A stretch of 64,000 bases of DNA from Eledone cirrhosa (taxonomy: Eukaryota), in NCBI GenBank assembly GCA_964016885.1, contig OZ024766.1, forward strand, positions 10,292,001 through 10,356,000. Reading direction: 5' to 3'. Position 1 is the first letter of the stretch; each line of letters starts with the position of its first letter. Position numbers and translations under genes: made by a program. Shown one piece after another: positions 24,973 to 36,900 of this stretch. The notes beneath the pieces are model-generated. The model searched no databases. It was not told the DNA's origin and saw only the letters and a program-made list of their open reading frames with translations.

Positions 24973-27900
24973 AGTGGTTAGAGCATTGGCCTTGGAATCG
25001 AAAGGTTGTGAGTTCAATTCTCAGACCGTGTGATGTGTTGTGTCCTTGAGCAAGACACTTTATTTCACATTGCTCCAGTTTACTCAGCTGTAGAAATGAG
25101 ATGATAGGGACTGGGGTCCCTATCATTCCACTGCAAAGTGGTCGTGGAGGTGCCAAGGCAAAAAAGCACCCAGCACTCACTGTAAATGAGGTTGGTGTTA
25201 GGAAGGGCATCCAGCTGTAGAAATGAGATGATAGGGATTGGGGTCCCTATCATTCCACTGCAAAGTGGTCGTGGAGGTGCCAAGGCAAAAAAGCACCCAG
25301 CACTCACTGTAAATGAGGTTGGTGTTAGGAAGGGCATCCAGCTGTAGAAATCAAGCCAGAATCAGTTCCCATCCCACCCTTGCAAGCAGGGAAAAGCGGA
25401 CGTAAAATGAAATGATGATGATGAATGATGATATATATATATATTTATATCACATATTTATCTTCGTTTTCTCTTCCTTCTCTTCCAGAGACAATCACTT
25501 GCGTGACCCTCACCAAAGACAACCAGTGTGTTCTTACCAGCTCCCTGGACAGTCAACTACGACTCTTCGATAAACAGACCGGACAGTTACTCAACGAGTG
25601 AGTTAGTGAGTTTAATTAAGGTGGGGCCTAGTGGTTAGGGTGTTGGACTGACGGCAGTAATGTCTTGGGTTCGATTTCTGGATCTAAGTCGGCTGGCATG
25701 TTGTGTTCTTGGGCAAGAAAAACTCCATTTCACATTGCTCCTGTACGACTGTAACGGAAATGTGTACCAGCTACATCGGGAGGGGGGGGGGGGTTTAACC
25801 CTATGGTGGACTAGCCTCCTGTCCAGGGGGAAGTCTTCTACTCTCAGTCACTTAACACCAATGAAACTAAGACAGACTTTAACCCTGTGATGGACTGGTG
25901 TCCTGTCCAGAGGGAAGTCTTGTATTCTCAGTCACTTAACACCAATGAAACTAAGACAGACTTTAACCCTGTGATGGACTGGTGTCCTGTCCAGGGGGAA
26001 GTCTTGTATTCTCAGTCACTTAACACCAATGAAACTAAGACAGACTTTAACCCTGTGATGGACTGGTGTCCTGTCCAGGGGGAAGTCTTGTACTCTCAGT
26101 CACTTAACGCCAATGAAACTAAGACAGACTTTAACCCTGTGATGGACTGGTGTCCTGTCCAGGGGGAAGTCTTGTATTCTCAGTCACTTAACACCAATGA
26201 AACTAAGACAGACTTTAACCCTGTGATGGCCTGGTGTCCTGTCCAGGGGGAAGTCTTGTATTCTCAGTCACTTAACACCAATGAAACTAAGACAGACTTT
26301 AACCCTGTGATGGACTGGTGTCCTGTCCAGGGGGAAGTCTTGTACTCTCAGTCACTTAACGCCAATGAAACTAAGACAGACTTTAACCCTGTGATGGACT
26401 GGTGTCCTGTCCAGGGGGAAGTCTTGTATTCTCAGTCACTTAACACCAATGAAACTAAGACAGACTTTAACCCTGTGATGGACTGGTGTCCTGTCCAGGG
26501 GGAAGTCTTGTACTCTCAGTCACTTAACACCAATGAAACTAAGACGGACTTTAACCCTGTGATGGACTGGTGTCCTGTCCAGGGGGAAGTCTTGTATTCT
26601 CAGTCACTTAACACCAATGAAACTAAGACAGACTTTAACCCTGTGATGGACTGGTGTCCTGTCCAGGGGGAAGTCTTGTACTCTCAGTCACTTAACGCCA
26701 ATGAAACTAAGACAGACTTTAACCCTGTAATGGACTGGTGTCCTGTCCAGGGGGAAGTCTTGTACTCTCAGTCACTTAACGCCAATGAAACTAAGACAGA
26801 CTTTAACCCTGTGATGGACCTGTGACCCATGTACGTCAATACTCATTCTTTTTTCTATTCAGAGGGTTTTTAAAAAAATCCCAACTAACAGACTAATTCT
26901 GTTTACTCAAATATGACGTAAGCAGATGCTACTACCTAATGTTATATCTATATATATAATATAAAAAAGTTGTTTGTTGGTTCTTTGGTTGAATGGCACA
27001 CGAAAACTACACACGCACACACACACACATCCACACACACACACACTAAAGAGACAGAGACAGAGAGAGAGGCCATTATACAGAGAGAGATACAATTAAA
27101 GTGTTAGATATTCAGAGGGGGGGAGAGAGAGAGAGACAGAGGGAGAGGCAGAGAGATTGAGAGAAAGGCCGTTATACAGAGAGAGATACAATTAAAGTGT
27201 TAGATATTCAGAGGGGGAGAGAGAGAGAGAAAGGCTGTTATACAGAGAGAGATACAATTAAAGTGTTAGATATTCAGAGGGGGAGAGAGAGAGAGGCAGA
27301 GAGAGAGAGAGAAAGGCTGTTATACAGAGAGAGATACAATTAAAGTGTTAGATATTCAGAGGGGGAGAGAGAGAGAGGCAGAGGGAGAGGCAGAAAGAGA
27401 GAGAAAGGCCGTTATACAGAGAGAGATACAATTAAAGTGTTTGATATTCAGAGGGGGAGAGAGAGAGAGGCAGAGGGAGAGGCAGAAAGAGAGAGAAAGG
27501 CCGTTATACAGAGAGAGATACAATTAAAGTGTTTGATATTCAGAGGGGGAGAGAGAGAGAGGCAGAGGGAGAGGCAGAAAGAGAGAGAAAGGTCGTTATA
27601 CAGAGAGAGATACAATTAAAGTGTTTGATATTCAGAGGGGGAGAGAGGGAGAGGCAGAGGGAGAGGCAGAAAGAGAGAGAAAGGCCGTTATACAGAGAGA
27701 GATACAATTAAAGTGTTTGATATTCAGAGGGGGAGAGAGAGAGAGGCAGAGGGAGAGGCAGAAAGAGAGAGAAAGGTCGTTATACAGAGAGAGATACAAT
27801 TAAAGTGTTTGATATTCAGAGGGGGAGAGAGGGAGAGGCAGAGGGAGAGGCAGAAAGAGAGAGAAAGGCCGTTATACAGAGAGAGATACAATTAAAGTGT

Positions 27901-30900
27901 TTGATATTCAGAGGGGGAGAGAGAGAGAGGCAGAGGGAGAGGCAGAAAGAGAGAGAAAGGTCGTTATACAGAGAGAGATACAATTAAAGTGTTTGATATT
28001 CAGAGGGGGAGAGAGGGAGAGGCAGAGGGAGAGGCAGAAAGAGAGAGAAAGGCCGTTATACAGAGAGAGATACAATTAAAGTGTTAGATATTCAGAGGGG
28101 GAGAGAGGGAGAGGCAGAGGGAGAGGTAGAAAGAGAGAGAAAGGCCGTTATACAGAGAGAGATACAATTAAAGTGTTAGATATACAGAGGGGGAGAGAGG
28201 GAGAGGCAGAGGGAGAGGTAGAAAGAGAGAGAAAGGCCGTTATACAGAGAGAGATACAATTAAAGTGTTAGATATTCAGAGGGGGAGAGAGAGAGAGAGG
28301 GAGAGGCAGAGAGAGAGAGAAAGGCCATTATACAGAGAGAGATACAATTAAAGTGTTAGATATTCAGAGGGGGAGAGAGAGAGAGGCAGAGAGAGAGAGA
28401 AAGGCCGTTATACAGAGAGAGATACAATTAAAGTGTTAGATATTCAGAGGGGAAGAGAGAGAGAGGCAGAAAGAGAGAGATAGGCCATTATACAGAGAGA
28501 GATACAATTAAAGTGTTAGATATTCAGAGGGGGAGAGAGAGTAACGTCCCACGAAAGTCTAGAAACGTCTTAAACTATAGATCCTTTGATCTAAAGGAAG
28601 GTTTAACAATATTGTGTTAGCTTCTATAAAGTAGTTTTACAGTCTTTGATTTTACAGAACAAAGAAAAATTGATACTATTTGAAATAAATCTACCCTCCA
28701 GCTTTTATCCCTATACTACTTACAGTCCATACTAACAATATTAAACACTTCAGAAGCAATGTTATGTGGTATATTGCTGTGTTTCAGATGACATCCTTTG
28801 GAGCTGTGTTGTTTAGAAGGAAAGGTCAGACATCCATTGATAGAGGACCCTCCAGCTTTTATCCCTATACTACTTACAGTCCGTACTAACAATACTAAAC
28901 ACTTCAGAAGCAATGTTATGTGGTATATTGCTGTGTTTCAGATGACATCTTTTGGAGCTTTGTTGTGTAGGAGGAAAGGTCAGACATCCACTGATAGAGG
29001 ACCCTCCAGCTTTTATCCCTATACTACTTACAGTCCGTACTAACGAAGCTAAACACTTCAGAAGCAATGTTATGTGGTATATTGCTGTGTTTCAGATGAC
29101 GTCCTTTGGAGCTGAAAAAGATCATACTAACTATGGTTATTTCACATTTAAAATCCAAGGCCAATGCTACCATTTAATTGGCAGTTTACTCCCCTAGCCT
29201 AATAAGGAAGTTTTATGATTGTTTTGTTTATCTCTCTCACATACTCACACATTACAGTCTCACTTCATACCAGACAACACACCCAATACAGTTGTTTTCT
29301 CTTTTTATCCGTCTTCTCTTAACTATTGTCCCGGGTGAAGCCGGGTACCTCACCTAATATTTATATATTTTTGCAAATCTTCACAGGTACAGTGGACACC
29401 GAAACTCAGAGTACAAGATCGACAGCTGTTTGAACAACATGGACAATTTGATCCTAAGTGGCTCGGAAGATGGCAATGTCTATATCTGGGATCTAATAAG
29501 TGTGAGTTTCAAGTGATTTTCTTCATCATCATCATCATCGTCATCATTTTTACGTCGTTTTTTTTTCCACACCCTCGTGGGTTGGACAGCATCTCTTCAC
29601 ACGCACAATCCTTCGTCATCTCCTGTGTGAGTGTCAGTGATTTGAGCTCAGCTAACCTCTTCCCAGGTCTTCCTTGGTCTACCTCTACTGAGGTCAGCCC
29701 TCACCACCTCTGCCCAGGTCTTCCTTGGTCTACCTCTACTGAGGTCAGCTCTCCCCACCTCTGCCCAGGTCTTCCTTGGTCTACCTCTACTGAGGTGAGC
29801 TCTCACCATCTCTTCCCAGGCCTTCCTTGGTCTACCTCTACTGAGGTCAGCTCTCACCACCTCTACCCAGGTCTTCCTTGGTCTACCTCTACTGAGGTGA
29901 GCTCTCACCACCTCTGCCCAGGTCTTCCTTGGTCTACCTCTACTGAGGTCAGCTCTCACCACCTCTGCCCAGGTCTTCCTTGGTCTACCTCTACTGAGGT
30001 CAGCTCTCCCCACCTCTGCCCAGGTCTTCCTTGGTCTACCTCTACTGAGGTCAGCTCTCCCCACCTCTGCCCAGGTCTTCCTTGGTCTACCCTTACTGAG
30101 GTCAGCTCTCCCCACCTCTGCCCAGGTCTTCCTTGGTCTACCTCTACTGAGGTCAGCTCTCCCCACCTCTGCCCAGGTCTTCCTTGGTCTACCCTTACTG
30201 AGGTCAGCTCTCCCCACCTCTGCCCAGGTCTTCCTAGGTCTACCTCTACTGAGGTCAGCTCTCACCATCTCTGCCCAGGTCTTCTTTGGTCTACCTCTAC
30301 TGAGGTCAGCTCTGCCCAGGTCTTCCTTGGTCTACCTCTACTGAGGTCAGCTCTCACCACCTCTGCCCAGGTCTTCCTAGGTCTACCTCTACTGAGGTCA
30401 GCTCTCACCATCTCTGCCCAGGTCTTCTTTGGTCTACCTCTACTGAGGTCAGCTCTGCCTAGGTCTTCCTTGGTCTACCTCTACTGAGGTCAGCTCTCCC
30501 CACCTCTGCCCAGGTCTTCCTAGGTCTACCTCTACCGAGGTCAGCTCTCACCACCTCTACCCAGGTCTTCCTTGGTCTACCTCTACTGAGGTGAGCTCTC
30601 ACCACCTCTGCCCAGGTCTTCCTTGGTCTACCTCTACTGAGGTCAGCTCTCACCACCTCTACCCAGGTCTTCCTTGGTCTACCTCTACTGAGGTCAGCTC
30701 TCACCTCTCTGCCCAGGTCTTCCTTGGTCTACCTCTACTGAGGTGAGCTCTCACCACCTCTGCCCAGGTCTTCCTCGGTCTACCTCTACTGAGGTGAGCT
30801 CTCACCTCCTCTGCCCAGGTCTTCTTTGGTCTACCTCTACCGAGGTCAGCTCTCACCATCTCTGCCCAGGTCTTCCTTGGTCTACCTCTACTGAGGTCAG

Positions 30901-33900
30901 CTCTCACCACCTCTACCCAGGTCTTCCTAGGTCTACCTCTACTGAGGTGAGCTCTCACCACCTCTGCCCAGGTCTTCCTTGGTCTACCTCTACTGAGGTG
31001 AGCTCTCACCACCTCTACCCAGGTCTTCCTTGGTCTACCTCTACTGAGGTGAGCTCTCACCACCTCTGCCCAGGTCTTCCTTGGTCTACCTCTACTGAGG
31101 TGAGCTCTCACCACCTCTGCCCAGGTCTTCCTTGGTCTACCTCTACTGAGGTCAGCTCTCACCACCTCTGCCCAGGTCTTCCTTGGTCTACCTCTACTGA
31201 GGTCAGCTCTCACCACCTCTGCCCAGGTCTTCCTTGGTCTACCTCTACTGAGGTGAGCTCTCACCATCTCTGCCCAGGTCTTCCTCGGTCTACCTCTACT
31301 GAGGTCAGCTCTCACCACCTCTACCCAGGTCTTCCTTGGTCTACCTCTACTGAGGTGAGCTCTCACCACCTCTGCCCAGGTCTTCCTCAGTCTACCTCTA
31401 CTGAGGTCAGCTCTCACCACCTCTGCCCAGGCCTTCCTAGGTCTACCTCTACTGAGGTCAGCTCTCACCACCTCTACCCAGGTCTTCCTTGGTCTACCTC
31501 TACTGAGGTGAGCTCTCACCACCTCTGCCCAGGTCTTCCTTGGTCTACCTCTACTGAGGTCAGCTCTCACCTCCTCTGCCCAGGTCTTCCATTATAATTA
31601 AGTACACCATTATAATTCCTTGACACATTGTCTAGCAATCCTGAACATACATATATACATATACACATATGTACATATATATATACCCCACTCTCAAGAG
31701 CGTGAAACTAATAAACCTTTGTTTGTACTGCCTCTCTGTTTTTGTTCCTGTTCCAGTTTTCACTATATATATACATATATATATATATATAATTAAATGT
31801 GAAGTTATGTTGGTACCACAACATCCAGTCCGAAATAAATGAGGTCGTGTAGGTGTCACGACAAAAAACACAGTCCACGCTGTAATGTGGCCGTGTAGGC
31901 AACACGGTAAAAACCTCCCAGTCCACACTGTAAACGTGGTTGGTGTTGGGAAGGGCACCCAGCCGTAGAAAACCCGCCAGACGTGTAGGTGTGTTGACAA
32001 TAAAACACACAGTCCACGCTGTAATGTGGCCGTGTAGGTAACACGGTAAAAACCTCCCAGTCCACACTGTAAACGTGGTTGGTGTTGGGAAGGGCATCCA
32101 GCCGTAGAAAAGCCGCCAGACAGTCCTGAGCAAGACAACCAATCTTGCTTCAAGTGGGACAATTCTCGTCCAGACCCATGCTAGCGTGGAAAATTGACGT
32201 TAAATGATGATCATGATATATATATATATATTCATCATTTTATTTTACGTCCGCTTTACCCTGCTTGCAAGGGTGAGACGGGAACTGATTTTGGCTTGAT
32301 TTCTACAGCTGGATGCCCTTCCTAACGCCAACCTCATTTACAGTGAGTGCTGGGTGCTTTTTTGCCGTGGCACCTCCACGTCCACTTTGCAGTGGAATGA
32401 TAGGGACCCCAGTCCCTATCATCTCATTTCTACAGCTGAGTAAACTGGAGCAATGTGAAATAAAGTGTCTTGCTCAAGGAAACAACACATCACCTGGTCT
32501 GAGAATTGAACTCACAACCTTTCGATTGCAAGGCCAATGCTCTAGCCACTAAGCCATGTGCCTCCATACATATATATATATATATGTATGTATATATAGT
32601 CAAAACTGGAACGGAAACAAAAACAGAGAGGCAGTACAAACAAAGGTTTATTAGTTTCACGCTCTTGAGAGTGGGGTATATATATATGTACATATGTGTA
32701 TATTTATATACATATGTACATATGTGTATATGTATATATGTATGTTCAGGATTGCTAGACAGTGTGTCAAGGAATGATAATGGTGCACTTGCCCTCACTG
32801 ATACTGATAAGAAGATAGCCTGGAAGTGTCACTACGAGAGGCTACTAAATGAGGAGAATAAGTGGGAAAAAGATAGTCTACCCCAAATCGATCCAATAGA
32901 AGGACAAGCAGTGTAGGTTAAAGGTAGTATAATACTTAAGGCAATCAAAGATATGAAGACAGGCAAGGCAGCTGGGCCTTCCGAGATAGTTGCTGAAATG
33001 CTGAAAGCATCTGGAATGGAGGGACATACTATGGTCACCCGGATAGTAAACCAAGTCATACAGAACGGGGCCATACCAAAAGACTGGCATAGCAGCATCA
33101 TCATTAACTGCTTCAAGGGTAAAGGGGATGCTCTAGATAGGGGGAACTATAGAGGCATTAAATTGATTGACCAGGTCATGAAGGTCACAGAAAGAGTTAT
33201 AGCGCAACTAATCAGAGAGCGAATTGATCTAGATGAAATGCAGTTTGGGTTTGTGTCAGGTAAAAGTACCACAGATGCTCTTTTCCTTGTACGAGAACTA
33301 CAGGAGAAGTACCTAGCTAAAAGTAAACACCCCTACTTAGCTTTTGTAGACCTGGAGAAAGCCTTTGACAGAGTCCCTCGCTCCATTATCTGGTGGGCCC
33401 TTAGAAAACTAGGTGTAGATGAATGGCTTGTGAGAGCTATACAAGCTATGTATAAAGAAACAGTCAGTAAGGTTAGAATTAAAAATGAATTTTGTGAAGA
33501 ATTTAGTTTAAAAGTTGGTGTTCATCAAGGCTCTGTCCTTAGCCCCCTCCTATTTATTATTTCCCTTCAGGCTATAACAGAGGAGTTTAAGACTGGCTGC
33601 CCATGGGAACTCCTATATGCAGAAGATGTAACTCTCATAGCTGAATGGAACATGGAAGCATGGCCTAGAATCATGCCTGTATACGAACAGCAATGCTACA
33701 TGGCAGTGAGACATGGGCAATGCGTGCAGAGGACCTACGCAGACTGGAAAGGAACGAAGCATGCATGCTCCGTTGGATGTGTAATAGTAATATATGTGAA
33801 CGGCAAAGCATAAATGAACTAAGTGAGAAATTAGGAATAAGAGGGATCAGATGCTGTTTACTTGAGAGAAGACTACATTGGTATGGCCACGTGATGCGCA

Positions 33901-36900
33901 TGAAAGACGACAACTGCATAAAAAAGTGCAGGGCGATCAAAATTGAGGGTAGTTACGGAGTAGGTAGACCCAGAAAAACCTGGGAAGATCTGATAAATTC
34001 CGACCTTACACACTTACACCTCTCTAAGACAATGTCACTGGACCGAGATCTTTGGCGCTACACAGTAATACAGAAGACCCGCCTTGCCTATGTACAAAGC
34101 GAAACCTACAGTCAGTAGGCACCTCTTAACCAAATATACACCCCCATCCCACTACCCCTACCCTATCCTCCCACTACCACCAACACCAACCTCTCCCTAT
34201 AAAGTTGGTACCACAACATCCAGTCCAAATAAATGAGATAATGATATCGAGTTCGTGTAGGTGTCACGAGAAAAAAAAACACAGTCCACACTGTAATGTG
34301 GCCGTGTAGGTAACACGGTAAAAAAGGCTCCCAGTCCACACTGTAAACGTGGTTGGTGTTAGGAAGGGCATCCAGCCGTAGAAAACCTGCCAGATAGTCC
34401 TATATGAGCGAGACATGGTCACCCGACCAGCCTTGCCTCAAGTGGGACAACTCCCGTCTAACCCATGCTAGCGTGGAAGATGGACGTTAAACGATGATGA
34501 TCATCATCATCATCATCATCAACGTTTAACGTCCGTGTTCCACGCTTGCATGGGTTTGGACGGGGGTAGTCCCACTTGAGGCAAGAGTGATTGTCTTGCT
34601 CGCATAGGACTGTCTGGCAGGTTTTCTACAGTTGGATGCCCTTCCTAACACCAACCACATTTACAGTGTGGGTCTGGGAGGTTTTTACCGTGTTGCCTAC
34701 ACGGCCACATTACAGCGTGGACTGTGTGTTTTTTTGTCGTGACACCTACACGATCTCATTTGTTTCGGCCCGGATGGCGCGGCACCAACATAACTTTACA
34801 TAGGACGGGGTGGTGTGGATGGGGTGGGGGTGGTGGTGGTGGGACGGGGTGTATTTTGTTAGAGATGCCTACTGGCAAGGCGGGTCTTCTCTGTTACTGA
34901 GTACCGCCAAAGGTCTCGGTCCAGTGACATTGTCTTGGAGAGGTGTAAGTGTGTGAGGTCGGAGTTTATCAGCTCGTCCCAGGTTTTTCTAGGTCTGCCT
35001 ATTCCGTGGCTACCGTCTATCTTTATTGCCCTGCACTTTGTTATACAGCTATCGACTTTCATGCGCATCACGTGTCCATACCAACGTAGCCTTCTCTCGA
35101 GTAAACAACATCTGATCCCTCTTATCTCTAATTTTTTCCTTAGTTCGTTTATGCTTTGCCGTTCACGTATATTACTGTTACACATCCAGCGGAGCATGCA
35201 AGCTTCGTTCCTCTCTAGTCTGCGTATATCCTCTGCACACAATGCCCAGGTCTCACTGCCATGCAACATTGCTGTTCGTATGCAGGCATCGTACAACCTG
35301 CCTTTCATTTTTAGGGAGAACCCTTTAGCAGCTAATAGTGGTATAAGCTCTCTGAACTTTTTCCAACCAGTTCTGACTCTAGCTACAGTACTTTCAGAGC
35401 ACCCTCCCCCACTGCTGATTTTATCGCCCAGGTAACGGAAGCTGTCCACTATTTCTATAGAACCCTCTGCGCAATTGAAAGAGCTAGTATTGTGTGGGCA
35501 CTTGCTGCTACTTATTGCACCAGAACACCGGCCACATGTAAAATCTATGTTCTTAGTTAGCTTACCTGTGATCCCACTACATCTTTTATGCACCCATACT
35601 TTGCATTTAGGACACAAAATGGAGTTTCTACCTACGCCTTTCCTACACACCGAGCACGACCATTTCCCAGAAGGGACCGCCGCCTTGTTTTCTTTCCTAC
35701 AAACTAGAACTTTGGTCTTAGCCAGGTTAATTTTAAGTCCTTTTGACTCTAGGCCGTGCTTCCATGTTTGGAATTTCTTCTCTAGCTCGGCCATTGATTC
35801 CGCTATGAGTGTCAGGTCGTCTGCGTATAGGAGTTCCCATGGGCAGCCTGTCTTGAACTCCTCTGTTATAGCCTGAAGGGCAATAATAAATAGTAGGGGG
35901 CTGAGAACAGAGCCCTGATGGACGCCGACTTTTACGCTAAACTCTTCACTATATTCGTTGTTAATTCTAACCTTGCTGACTGTTTCTTTATACATGGCTT
36001 GTATAGCCCTCACAAGCCATTCGTCAACGCCTAGTTTTCTAAGAGCCCACCAGATAATGGAGCGGGGGACTCTGTCGAAGGCTTTCTCCAAGTCGACAAA
36101 AGCTAAGTAGAGGGGTTTACCTTTAGCTAGGTACTTCTCCTGTAGTTGTCGTACTATGAAAAGAGCGTCTGTGGTACTTTTGCCTGACACAAACCCGAAC
36201 TGCATTTCATCTAGGTCAATTCTCTCTCTGATTAGTTGCGCTATTACTTTTTCTGTGACCTTCATGACCTGGTCGATTAATTTAATGCCTCTATAGTTAC
36301 TCCTATCTAGGGCGTCTCCTTTACCCTTATAACAGTTAACGATGATGCTGCTATGCCAGTCCTTCGGAACAACCCCATTCTGTACGACTTGGTTAACTAT
36401 GCGGGTGACCATGGTGTGTCCCACCGTGCCAGATGCCTTCAGCATCTCAGCAACTATTTCCGAAGGCCCAGCCGCCTTACCTGTCTTCATATCCTTGATT
36501 GCCTTACTTATTATACTCCCCTCGACTAACACTGCTGGTCCCTCTATTGGGTCGACATGGGGGAGACTGTCTTTCTCCCATTTATTCTCCTCATTTAGTA
36601 GCCTTTCATAGTGACACTTCCAAGCTGCCTTCTTATCAGTGTCGGTGATGGCAAGTGATTATATATATATATATATGTACATATATATATATATATCGGG
36701 TCATTCTTGAGTGCTACTGGTCACATGTTACCCAGTACAACCTGTCGTATGGTTGGGTTGTCGGCGACTAAACCGGCAACCCCACCAAGTTTACTTGGTG
36801 AGGAGGGTGATTTTGGACAGCCTGCAGGACAAAAACAAAACCTGACAAAGGGCGCAAGAACTCATAAGAGTCAACGGCCATCCAAAAGTGTGTAAATATG

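Noticed and set aside
36697-36785. HDV-like ribozyme at the retroposon 5' end (gtcgt...ggcgactaa)
   Set aside because: I could not build P1/P3/P1.1; the segment folds equally well as simple hairpins. A covariance-model search would be needed.
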